NCBI RefSeq assembly: GCF_964204645.1 | Contig: NC_134031.1 | Coordinates: forward strand, 16,975,807-17,039,806 | DNA from: Tubulanus polymorphus | Taxonomy: Eukaryota; Animalia; Nemertea | Direction: 5' to 3' | Length of the DNA stretch: 64,000 bases | Shown here: piece after piece, positions 27,001 through 37,845 of the stretch | Numbering within the stretch: the first letter of the stretch is position 1 | Layout of the letters: every line of letters begins with the position of its first letter | Made by a program: the position numbers and the translations under genes | Notes under the pieces: model-generated | Databases searched by the model: none | Seen by the model: the letters and a program-made list of their open reading frames with translations, nothing else | Told to the model about the DNA's origin: nothing

Positions 27001-27870
27001 TGAGTGTGGTTATCGTACCACGGCCCTGTAACTGTTGTTTCTATATACAGGGCTTGCTCATAGAAACGCACGAATCGAAGGCGAGTTACTTGTTTCAACA
27101 GGATAAATTCTATGACGTATCCTACGATAATGTCGGAGACCGGGTTATACAATGCGGTCGAAAGATCGATTCTTTTAAATTCTGGTTGGCTTGGAAGGCA
27201 GGTGGAAATAACGCTTTCGAAAAGAGAATCGACAAAGCCATAGACAATTCCAGATATATGGCCCAAGAAGTTCGTCGCCGGCCAGAGTTCGAATTGGTCT
27301 TAGAGGTATTATTTTCAGTAAACTTTATAACGTCCAGGTTAATCAAAATTGGATCGTGAAGGAATTTTACAACATCTTAACTGTTTCAGCCACAAACGAT
27401 AACTGTGTGTTTTTGGTACATACCTCGAAGGCTACGAGGAAAAAACAGAGACGAAAAATGGTGGGCAGAAATGCATAAGGTATTGTTTTGCACATCGACA
27501 TAGTATTAATTTCGCAAAACGATTTCGGACTTAACGATTTATTGTTCATTAAACATAGAATTTCAATAATTTCATACTTGATGTGTTATAACGAACAGGT
27601 CCCAGGAGGTTTGTTGTATAAACGACGTTCTGCTGAAGAGGTTTTCGGTTTCGGTCAGCTTAATGAAAGCTTTCGTTCGATCTTTTTCAGGTTCCGCCAA
27701 AAGTAAAAGAAGCCATGATGAAAGACGGATCGATGATGGTCGGTTATCAACCATGCGACGCGTCGAAGCGACGCAACTTCTTTCGGTTTGTCATACACAA
27801 CCCTGCTCTAACTCACAACGATATCGACAACTCGCTGGACATCATTGATGAACTTGGTCGCGATATTTGA
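24003..27870 (+). CDS. CSAD: Group II PLP-dependent acidic amino acid decarboxylase, CSAD/GADL1-like, about 521 aa, 11 coding exons
   Basis: Exons 24003-24202, 24328-24458, 24553-24643, 25120-25226, 25343-25458, 25689-25823, 25972-26153, 26577-26655, 27051-27305, 27390-27479 and 27691-27870 have GT-AG boundaries and sum to 1566 nt in frame. Motifs: [37 protein letters not shown] (PLP lysine), [19 protein letters not shown]. Putative 5' UTR exon at 22906-23007. The symbol is family-level; orthology to CSAD versus GADL1/ADC is unresolved. Confidence 0.93.
26719..27018. mobile_element. Penelope-like inverted terminal-repeat element with hammerhead-ribozyme core, in decarboxylase intron 26656-27050
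   Basis: 109-bp arms 26721-26829 and 26872-26980 (1 mismatch) around a 42-nt spacer. Flanked by the 13-bp direct repeat CACGGCC(T/C)TGTAA (26706-26718, 27019-27031). CTGATGA...CGAAACGTC core at 26867-26897. The Penelope assignment is inferred from architecture; there is no ORF. Confidence 0.75.
26862..26901 (+). ncRNA. Minimal type I hammerhead ribozyme-like motif
   Basis: ACAC-CUGAUGA-UCUC(uagugu)GAGA-UC-GAAAC-GUC-GUGU: stem I ACAC/GUGU, stem II hairpin, loopless palindromic stem III (ACGU) and a GUC triplet. Spacing at the core/stem II junction is non-canonical, so activity is unknown. Confidence 0.55.
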
Positions 27871-27960
27871 CATTCAAACTGTTTAGGGATTTATCATTGC
27901 ACAGTGGCTCACGATGGGGATACTATTTTGTACTAATCGATGATTGATACTTTTTAGATA

Positions 27961-28099
27961 CAGTCAACCTCGCCTTACTTGGATATGGTACCAACACAGA
28001 CTTTTGGTTTTCGGACAAAAACGAAATCATTTTTGTGACTTGCTATTTTCCCATCCTTAACTCGGACTATCGCTTACCTCGGACCGGCGAGGTTAACTG
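27961..28099. mobile_element. Tc1/mariner (pogo/Tigger-like) MITE just downstream of the decarboxylase stop codon
   Basis: ta|CAGTCAACCTCGCC...GGCGAGGTTAACTG, a 14-bp TIR with 1 mismatch. TA is present on the left flank only. Confidence 0.7.
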
Positions 28100-29148
28100 T
28101 TACGGAATACAAATACATGTGGAACATTATTTTTCAATTAAGTTTTACTTTCGCCAAATGAATGCCTAGACGACAAAATCAACCCTTATTCTATCCGAAA
28201 GATTCGAAGCATAAATACTCAATATAAATATATCACTTGAAATGCATCGGATACGAGCAGTTTGAAAACAGTTTCAAAACATCATAATCACCAGAAAGAA
28301 ATAATCTTCAAGAATCGATCGAAATTTTCAAGCGCAAAGCGATCGATGCCATCGTGGCGAAAATTGTAGCAACAATCGGTGCATTTATCCGCAATTTCCT
28401 GCTATTTCTAATCGGTGCAACGAGAAAATAATCGTCGGATATTGTTGACAATCTTCTAAAACTGAAGTCGTAGAGTTCTTAGGTATTCATATAAATATGT
28501 ACACGCATAACTACATAATAGATATCTACCCATTTATCCACGCATATCTTTCTTTCGGACGAGAATCAAATCTTTACAGCAAAATACATGTACATGCAAA
28601 TCTACGAACTGAAGAATAGAATAAAGGGTGGTTAGTGCGTCTTAAGCTAAATGGGCGATAGATGGCGAAAAGGTTGGTTAATACTCCAAAGATGTTCAGC
28701 CACTAGTCGTTTTGTTTTCTTAAATCTTTCTTTACGTCGTTCGGATCTCGGGAAAGATTGGAACCTCAAGACTGGATGTCATTTCAAAGTGTTGCCCGCA
28801 CACTACACAGCGAGCAGGACTCGAACCCGACTGTCACTCAACGCTGATAGTCACTGAACAGCATTTACTCGAAAGGAAACTGAAATAATTTTACCCTATA
28901 CAAGAAAAACCATATACAGATATATCTGGTCAAAAATGGGCGAATAGCTATATTTCAAATATACATATTGCTTGATAGATTCATAGAAATTTACAACGTG
29001 GTAATTTTCCTACGTAGCTTGATGATACGATATTGGATGCCATTATCGATCGAATTCATATCCAATAGGAGACGTCTGAAGATAGTCTAAGTTCATTTTC
29101 AATTCGAACAGTTGTTATACGCGCGGTCCAATCAGACAATCCGGCGAG

Positions 29149-30300
29149 ATGTTATTCGTTCCATTCATCACCGCGTTCGTGCATGTCATGATGCCGAAAT
29201 TCGCCGCCTCCGCGGAGCAGCTCGATTCCTCCGCGAATGATCGGAGTTCCGAAAATTCGTCTTCGGAAATCGACGACGTGTTCGTACCGCCCCCGTGGTG
29301 TAAGACAATGAGCAGAAACCCCGTGTACGGACGGCCGCATAGCGCGAACGCGTTCTACCTAGGTATGGCCTCCGCAACTTGCGCAGTAGCCGCTATTGGC
29401 GTCATCGGAAACGCGCTCTCATTTCTCACATTGTACAAAGAAACTACGAAAAACACGAGTATTTTTTACTTGAGAGTATTAGCGGTTTTTGACTGGTTTG
29501 CCTGCGTTTCGTATGTGATCTTCAACTATCACAGAGAACTTTACAACACTACTACACTTTTTGACAAAACGATCAGAACCAGTCACGACATGGTTAAGTT
29601 GTACATCTACGCTTCGCAATATTTCAGAACCGTTTTCGTTATGTTAAGCGACTGGGCGGTTTTCGTGATCGCCATTGATCGATATATCGTCGTCTGTTGG
29701 CCGCTGCAAGCTAAACGACTCGTCACCCGTCGCAAGGCCTACGCTACGATATCCGGAACGACCCTGGGTGTTATTTGTATGCAGCTGCCAAACTCGTTCC
29801 TATATTATCCGTTTCTTCGCAAGACCAAATGCTTCGGTTTCGATCACTGGAGCCAGCTGATATCAGACTTTGGGAGAAACTTTTATCTGAAATTGTACGT
29901 CATATGCGTGAAGGACCCTCTCGAAAACACATTACCTCTGTTATGCATGATATACATAACGTTCAGATTGATGCACGTGTTGAAGGCGGCGAGCGAGTCC
30001 AGACGATTAATGTCGCAACAGAAAGAACGAAAATCCGACAGCGCAGAACACAGTCTTACCCTGACACTAGTGCTTATTTCATGCGTTTTCATCCTCAATA
30101 AATCCATTGTTTCGGTACGGAATATTCTTGATATGATAAGAATCTTTGACCCAGACACTTACGGGGAACACACTGAGACCAAATACATAAAAAGAGCTTC
30201 GATTATATTACAAGAAATGACGTCCGCTGTCAACTTTTTCATATACTGTTTGTCGCGTGACAGTTTTCGTCGTAATCTTCGCTCGCTATTCTGCTGTTAG
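29149..30300 (+). CDS. Intronless class A (rhodopsin-like) GPCR, FMRFamide-receptor-like family
   Basis: 383-aa ORF with 7 hydrophobic segments: TM1 GVIGN, TM2 YLRVLAVFD, TM3 AIDRYIVVCWP, TM7 SAVNFFIYCL, helix 8 SFRRNLRSLF. The start could instead be the Met at about 29188. Confidence 0.9.
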   Translation: MLFVPFITAFVHVMMPKFAASAEQLDSSANDRSSENSSSEIDDVFVPPPWCKTMSRNPVYGRPHSANAFYLGMASATCAVAAIGVIGNALSFLTLYKETTKNTSIFYLRVLAVFDWFACVSYVIFNYHRELYNTTTLFDKTIRTSHDMVKLYIYASQYFRTVFVMLSDWAVFVIAIDRYIVVCWPLQAKRLVTRRKAYATISGTTLGVICMQLPNSFLYYPFLRKTKCFGFDHWSQLISDFGRNFYLKLYVICVKDPLENTLPLLCMIYITFRLMHVLKAASESRRLMSQQKERKSDSAEHSLTLTLVLISCVFILNKSIVSVRNILDMIRIFDPDTYGEHTETKYIKRASIILQEMTSAVNFFIYCLSRDSFRRNLRSLFCC

Positions 30301-32299
30301 AATATTCACAGTACTTTCACTTTTTTTCACGATTTCTTTCAGTTTAAAAAATCACGTTTTATTGCACGCAAATTTACGTGTGGTTATATATATTTCATTA
30401 TCGGTCTTTAAAAGGTTATAGCAAAAACAAATAAATGAATCAAAGAGATATTAAACACCTGAAAGGTTTTGCACAATTAATGATTCGTCAATTCATGGTT
30501 ATAGGGATGTAAGCACAAACCCGCGGCGCTTGCTGGAAGTGAAAATATGGCGGCCGGTGAAAGTTTATAACAAATTAGCGCCCGCAAAATTGATGAGCAC
30601 GATATTCAGTCTTATTTACAACATGTTCGAATTAAACATAATCAGTAAAACACGCAATTAATCTAACGTTCACCCCCGATATCGACATTCGGCCCGTTAT
30701 CCGCATTGTCTTAGCCAATTACGGTAATTATAAAGCGTACCTCGAACTGGCAACTGAAGCGAGTCTGCGCTGTCATGATGGATTAACATTAGCCGGTCCA
30801 GATGGGAGCTGCGTGCGGCTGCTGACAGGGCCTTCTCCGGCGATGATAACCATCGCCTCACGATCGGTAATCTGAGACCGGTTGCGCGCCGGTTTATGTA
30901 ACAGTTTGAACACGCGGCGGATGAACGGTTTTAAATCCCCGCAACAAAAATCTGGTTTTAGTCCTAAAACTCGTAAACAATGGATGTATAGGCGGGGTGC
31001 GCTGCACGTCCATCCATCCATACATGATAGTGAATTATGAGGAAAATACATGTGGAATGAAATTTAACGCAGGAATTGAATAGAATTAGCAAACAATTTT
31101 GCACAATAAAAATGACCAATGGATTAAAACACCTTTAAGTAAAATTTCATTATCTAGAATCAGTATGGCTCGTCTTACGGACACAGAATCAGCATGGCTT
31201 GTTTTACGGACATGTGCATATGATTATTTATTTGAAACAAATTCGTCAAAATCGTGAATGATTTTGCAGTTGTCACATAGAGATCATGCATTGATATTGC
31301 GTCGTTTTCTCAAGATGAAAGGGCGTTACGTGATATTTCTCCCGGCTTTTTAGTTGTTTACTATTCAATCTCCCCCCATGAGATTGAAAATATAACGCGC
31401 GGCTCGCGCTGGCATACCGCAAATAACTGAATGAAGTTTTGTTTATTAGTTTTAATTAGAAAACGTACTATAGGCGAGTAGCTATCGATACATCTGATCG
31501 GGGGACATTCTTTCCCAATGAGAAACGACAGATTCTAGATCGGTTATTTTTAACAAATACATCAGAACTTATCTCCGATAACCCCGCCCTTTACAAAGTG
31601 GCGTCGATTTGACCCCTGTAGATAAACTGTGTGTTGTCGATGCAGACTCCAAGTCTACGTTCTAAAATGTTTTTGTTTTTCGCCGATATATACTTGGCAT
31701 AAAAATCTTCTGCATAAAATACTGAGTGGTTCTTTAAAAAATCGAACGCCTCAAAATTCAAAACCCAATCAAATGCTATCTTTGCTTGTTTATATATTAT
31801 ATATCATCAATATTTTCGAATCGTTCCATTTTTTAATTTAGCTAGACCGATTTCGCAAATTCGGATCGTTTCAAATAATTTAGCCATAAAATCAAATACT
31901 AACCTAGAACATCTGCACCCTTAGTTTACAAAAAAGGTTTAAATCAAAGATAGAACTTTTAATCCTTTTATCGCTTATTTTCAGGTAGTTTAGACAACAA
32001 CAGTTAACGCGTATTTTCTAACTTTTATCGTTGGTTTTGCTGTGTTTTTATGCAATGAAATAGGATTTACTAGAATATTCTCCAAACCGCATAAATCACA
32101 TAAAAACCACTATATACAGATAGATTTAAAAGTTTTAAAATCGGGAATTTATTCACGATGTTTCCATTTCACACTAAAGCATGTATAATAGATGATGACA
32201 AATAAGTCAAATACCGCTTTCTCCCAAAATTGTATTCACGCATTGTAGCTTGAGGGCATGTAGTGACACTGGCATTATAAAGATGCCCCCACACTGCGA

Positions 32300-32480
32300 A
32301 GAAAAGAAGCCGCATTGGTCGCTGGCACAGATACGCGGCGCCAACGGGACGCATCTGGACCGCTCTGTACCGAAACAGCCAATCACCGCAACCATTGCAA
32401 GTATTTATAGAAACGAGATACTATATCACTGCGAACGGGTCTGTAAAATCTAATTAGAAGGCGAGTTAGTAGTGTGTATC
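32300..32480 (+). promoter_or_regulatory. Putative Prrx proximal promoter
   Basis: ATTGG (about 32314) and CCAAT (about 32379) boxes, TATA-like TATTTATAG (about 32402), TAATTA (about 32451) and Inr-like TTAGT, 170-340 nt upstream of the ATG. Confidence 0.4.
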
Positions 32481-32646
32481 AAAGAGACAAACTGACGACA
32501 GGTCGGCCGCGTATATGTGCTCGTATTCGCTCCTTACGGCTAAATAATTTACGGTGAACAGTTGTGGAAAGTTTTTACGCTCAAGTACTCACCTCTTGAG
32601 GCGCAAACGGCGGGAATTTCAGCGTACGTATTCCCATCTCATCACC

Positions 32647-35600
32647 ATGAGTAGTTACAGCACTTCACTTTCGCCGGAGTTGCAATGCATGCTGCAAAAG
32701 GTCCACGCCAGCGCCGGGTTTGTAGCTGATACTTGCGCCACTAGTGGATTACTAAACCGGACGAATTTCACCGTCGAAAACCTGATAGCCCTCCAGGACT
32801 ATAACAACGATCAACGACATCATCAGTATCAACAGCAGGATTGTTTCGATGGTTCGGACATGTATTCGGAATCGACTACGGGAAGTCTAGGCGCCGCTAC
32901 GAGGATTGGGACTGCCGAATGTACGCAACGAGATCAACAGCACAGGTCTGTGGACCATTCCATTTTGGACCTTAAAATGCACCAGACTAACTCACAAAAT
33001 CACGTTCAACAGCAACAATCCGACGAACTTCACGCGGCTGTCAACCATCATCATCACCACCATCATCATTTACCGAATCATCATCATCATCACCAACTTA
33101 ATTCTCACATTCGTCCACAAAGTGATTATAACGACAATATCGACAATCAAACTGCCGCGTCCGTCAAAGAGGATCGTCTGCAAACACCCTCCCGATGTTT
33201 TAACGGGGAGGAAAGCCCCGAATCACAAGATCTCTCAATAGATCAAGGTAAATATAATCGACATTTCTGGCAAGCTATTCTATACACCAATATGGACCTT
33301 TAGTATAGGTACGATTACAAAATATAAAAACTAAATTTTTCAGTGCCTTTTTACCGGTAACAAATCGCTAAACAAAAAGCTAAAAATATATTTTATTTCA
33401 ATATTTATTGTTAGAAATATTCGCGGGTCACTGAATCGTCAATGTAGCCGAAAGGAGTAAACGATATTTTGAATTTTTTTCGACCTATCCGACTTCAACG
33501 CTCGGCTAAATATCGCGATAGTTGAAATCTACGGATTCTTAAAGAGATAACCGGGTATATATTAGCAACTGGGCGAATGAATTTAAGGTATATCTCTCGA
33601 ATGTTTGTTGAAACTTACGCTCGTTGCTTGTTGCTCGAAGATAACACCAGTGGTGTTCATAGATTTTACAAGCATTTATCTGGAAATACACGAATACATT
33701 GCAATCAAATCTTTCAGCGTATATTCATCACCCAAACGGCGGCTATAACGGAACGCATAAAACATCCATACTTTTAGCAATAAAATTTTCCCCCTCGATG
33801 CTATACGTATTTGCTATACGTGTATTGCCGTTTCATTCATCGGCTTCGTTTTCCCGTTTTACTTCTAGAAAAAATGACGTTCACATTAATGTTCACATGT
33901 GCTGCCTAGTTTACTTAGTAAACCGGCTTTTATTGACAATTCTAAGTTGTGAAACATTCCACTGGTGATCCTCGACTTGAAAACCACGTGATTCGAAAAG
34001 CCACCGAGATAAACAAGGAATCCGCGGTAGCACTTTCAGCGTGTTACATAGCGGGTCCTATTTTCTGTTTATACTACCCCATGTGTAGAGAATGGATTTT
34101 TTACGAACTTCGACGCAACGGCGAAGCAGCAGTATAGGGGTATCTGTTTCGGTGTGTGATTTGACCCCCGGACAGATGTGAGGTTCAAGCGCAGCTGGTG
34201 CCAGCCATTTAACAGCGTTGAACATGGAAATGAGATTTCCTGAAAATCTGGGTCACCGCAACTCTCTCACAGCTCTTCATTAACTCTATAAAATATATCA
34301 TCATCAGCCTGTTCTCACAGTCTGGCGAAATCATTTAAAAATGTAAGATTAAAAAAGTGTGTCTATTTCGCTGGGGCGAAAACATAAATGCATATATTAC
34401 TTCATTTGGCTCTACAGGATCTTCGAAATCTCTCAAAGTCGCCTATGGTGTGTACCGTGACAGTGAAAGCAATCATGAACAGCACATTATGCATCAGCGA
34501 CTGCAACGTAAACAGATATTTACATATAATATGTTATGATTTGCGTCGAAAAGATTTACCGAGAATTATTCAGAAAAGCACGAATTTCTTTGACGTTATC
34601 CGTATACTGTTTGGCAGCGCGATCTTTCAAGATGCATCGCTATTTCTCGAGTCAGCTCGGCGAAACACTTGAAAGTCCTCTGATCAGTATAGATTCACGG
34701 GGATAAACAAGTACCTGCCTCGTCCCGACAACGGTCTCTATTTCTGCGGTAAACGTGCTGACAGCCCGTCTATTCCACTTAACCCCGGTACTTGTGTTTT
34801 ATCTCATAGTTTTCAATACAATTTATATAAGATTTTTTTATTTCACTTACATACGTATCACTGCAGCGAAGCTATCTCGTTCCCTGGCTATAAGATAGGT
34901 CGTTTTATTGCATTACAATAGCGAGGAGACCATTTATAGGAATGAGCTCTTCTGAATCTATCTAAAACTGTTCAACCCACTTGTCCGTCACCCCCTAGTC
35001 CAACACGCCACTAGTCCGACACCCACTAGTCCGTCGCCATACTCTTGTCAGTCACCACACTTGTCTGCACAGCACCTCACTCGTCCGACACGCACGCATC
35101 CCACCATTGAATCGTGACGGAATTTTATTCAATTTACACCGAGACAATTTTGTGCATCATAGTGTCCATAGTAGTTTACGAATAAAGAAATAATCAAGAC
35201 ATATCTCATAACATTATTTTTGGCAAGTAATTTTAGACTGAAGAAGGGTGGTAGAAACCACCCGACGTATTTCTGATATTTCAAGTAAACGTTTTAGTTA
35301 TCAATTCATTTATTCTGGGATTTTACTCCTATCGTTTTATCACGGATATGGTGATCTATGATTCAAGATAAAGCTTTATCGAATGAATATATTGCTGTTT
35401 TAATTTTCGGGTTGTCGGATTAGTGGGGTCTATGGTCTAGAGCGAGTAGGTTTGGGTGTACGTAGGGGCTACATGGAAAACGTAAGATATGTACGTATAG
35501 TAATGATTCACCTCTGACACGGCACGCAGTATAAATCATCGATCAGCATGATTGATCAACTTCTACAACACACAGCTTGTTCTGCCCAACGTTATTCATT

Positions 35601-37504
35601 GTTTTTTCTAGAGAACGAATGAGTTAGAATCATTTTTCTTTCACAGCCTACGTTTCTGTTCCTTGAATTAGACTTTCGTTTTCGAGCAGGTCATTGAGGT
35701 TATATATGTCGGTCGATATTGGTTCATCTAAAGCTTATGAATCACAATTTTAAGCATTTATGTTAACGAGTTCATTCATTTCTTTATCAACTTGCTTTAG
35801 CGATGTGAGATTTTACGTAACTGCAGGAACTTGCCAGCGATATCATCGCCTATGAACGGCAGATGGCGTCGGGCCGATGTAGGCCTACACTTGTTCGTCA
35901 TGTCATAACCCATTACAGTTTAGCGAAGATTCCTGAATACTCGTGTTGTAGTTAATACCTACATGATTAGAAGCACTTGGAGCAGATTAAGGCTCCAATT
36001 TGGATCAAATTAGCTGCACACCTTTCGTATTTACCGGTGCTAAGTGTAGTTCAGATAATTTCCATTTGCCATTTAACAAATACCCATATACGCGCGCCCT
36101 AATGTACATAGCCGGGAACATAGCACTATTATTTACTATCAGTACACTATATTAAACAAAAGTAAACGAAAAAGTATTTTGCAGGAAGAAGTGCGTAGCT
36201 GGTGAGATTTAAAAAGTTAATTTCCCAGTGAGAGTGCTAATAAATTGTTGTGTTGTTTATTTAAAAGTTTTCCGGGGTTTTGAACCATGTGTTTCGAGCC
36301 TGCTAGTCTAGTTTTAGTGATAAGGAACCACGTGCAATGTGAAGTGTTATTTGATGGATGAGCCATGTGCCTCTGATGCTGAATCTGGTGACAGCTATGT
36401 TTCACTGCTGGTGGCTGGTTTTTAGATTACTGTACAACTGTTTTAGCCTTCTTTTCATTGCCACGATACCCATCCTAGTATAGATATTTTTTGCAACCAG
36501 CCATAATCGTTTTTGTGAATTAGATGCGGAGACACGATGATATGATCACAAAGCGTGAATTCTTAAAATTTTGTTTGCTTTTGTAAAATGTTCTCAGTTT
36601 TATAAGATAAAACCCACTATGTACAAATTAAAAAGTTTTTTTTTCTAAATTGAGAATTCATTTAATAAAAAAATTGAAAGAACACAACGTTTCGATCTCA
36701 CCCCTAATTGGTACTTAGTGGGTGTTTATCTTATTTCCGTTTGAGTGTGGTGGTTATTCTACTAATACGTTCTCAGTTTAACATCGTGGGAAATTCAACG
36801 TTCGCTTTCGTATTCTGCAGGTATCGATGACCAAGATGAAAAGGACAAGCTTCAAAGGAAACAACGCCGAAATAGAACTACATTTAACAATAATCAATTG
36901 TCGGCGTTAGAACACGTATTTGAGAGGACGCATTACCCGGATGCTTACGTCAGAGAAGACCTAGCGCGGCGGACTAATCTTTCAGAAGCTAGAGTACAGG
37001 TAACCCGTTTTTTCATAGGAATTTCAGTTTCATAAATAATCAAGTTCTTAGTCTGAATATCAGTCGTTCTTACGGGTTCCCCTACATCGGGAACAACGGC
37101 TAAAAGGTACTAGACTATCAAGTTTTATGTCTAACATGTATATTCGTGTTCGTATTTAGGTGTGGTTCCAGAACCGACGCGCGAAGTTTCGTCGGAATGA
37201 GAGGAACATGTTTGCTCAGCGTGGTAACGGACTGTGTCGTCAGGATTCTCCTCCGATTCTAGGAACGGCCATCCTCGAGCAACCGATCAATGCAAGAACC
37301 GCGCCAGTCATGACGTCACCTGATTTCCTAGCATCGTGGCCTAGCGCCGCCTACAACCCCGTATCGTCAGCCTCGAGTTGCGCAATGAATAGCCCCCCTG
37401 CGAACTACGTCATCGGCTCGAGTATCGCCACGCTCAGGCAGAAAGCGAGGGATTTCAACATCTCGAGTCAACCGTTGTTTCCAGGTCAACCTATCGACGA
37501 TTGA
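32647..37504 (+). CDS. PRRX: Paired-related (PRD-class, Q50) homeobox protein Prrx, about 374 aa, 3 exons
   Basis: Exons 32647-33247, 36821-36999 and 37160-37504 join in frame (1125 nt). The homeodomain [46 protein letters not shown]|[15 protein letters not shown] has the Prrx-type RAKFRRNER and the PRD-class intron between positions 46 and 47. N-terminal NFTVENLI (eh1-like), C-terminal OAR motif [19 protein letters not shown] at about 37731. Confidence 0.95.
34978..35430. repeat. Element with short CCACTAGTCCGACA-type tandem units at the left end and an inverted unit at the right end
   Basis: About 7 degenerate units at 34978-35090 and TGTCGGATTAGTGGG at about 35413-35427. Confidence 0.55.
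36605..36775. mobile_element. Second, internally deleted copy of the Penelope-like family (Prrx intron 1)
   Basis: AGATAAAACCCACTATGTACAAATTAAAA...AGAACACAACGTTTCGATCTCAC...AGTGGGTGTTTATCT...CGTTTGAGTGTGGT matches 26721-27010. Confidence 0.7.
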
Positions 37505-37845
37505 AAAATACGAATTTCATGCAGGAGCATTCTTTCTAAATTAACCAGTTAGTTTAAAACTGTAATTTGAAACGGCTCGAGGGGAGTGGATTAACTAATC
37601 AGACGCTAGTACGGACAATAGAAATCGGTCGCGAGTCAGATATTCTGGCGATAGAATTATCAGAACATGATGTAAATATGTTCATTGAATGATACCGTGA
37701 TGATATCCATGCATTTTGTAAGTGTAAGTAAATAAACGATATAAAGAGATAGAAGTGTAAAAAAACTGTTGATTTCGATTCATGTACACTATATTTACTG
37801 GATGTGCGTGAAACGACTGTACGACATATTCACCTAAGTACGACC

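Noticed and set aside
32554-32646. ORF-track N-terminal extension of Prrx
   Set aside because: It begins at GTG. The first ATG, in good context (ACCATGA), is at 32647.
34978-35090. Short repeated units superficially like a CRISPR array
   Set aside because: Units are about 15 nt, degenerate and lack unique spacers. The context is a eukaryotic intron with no cas genes.
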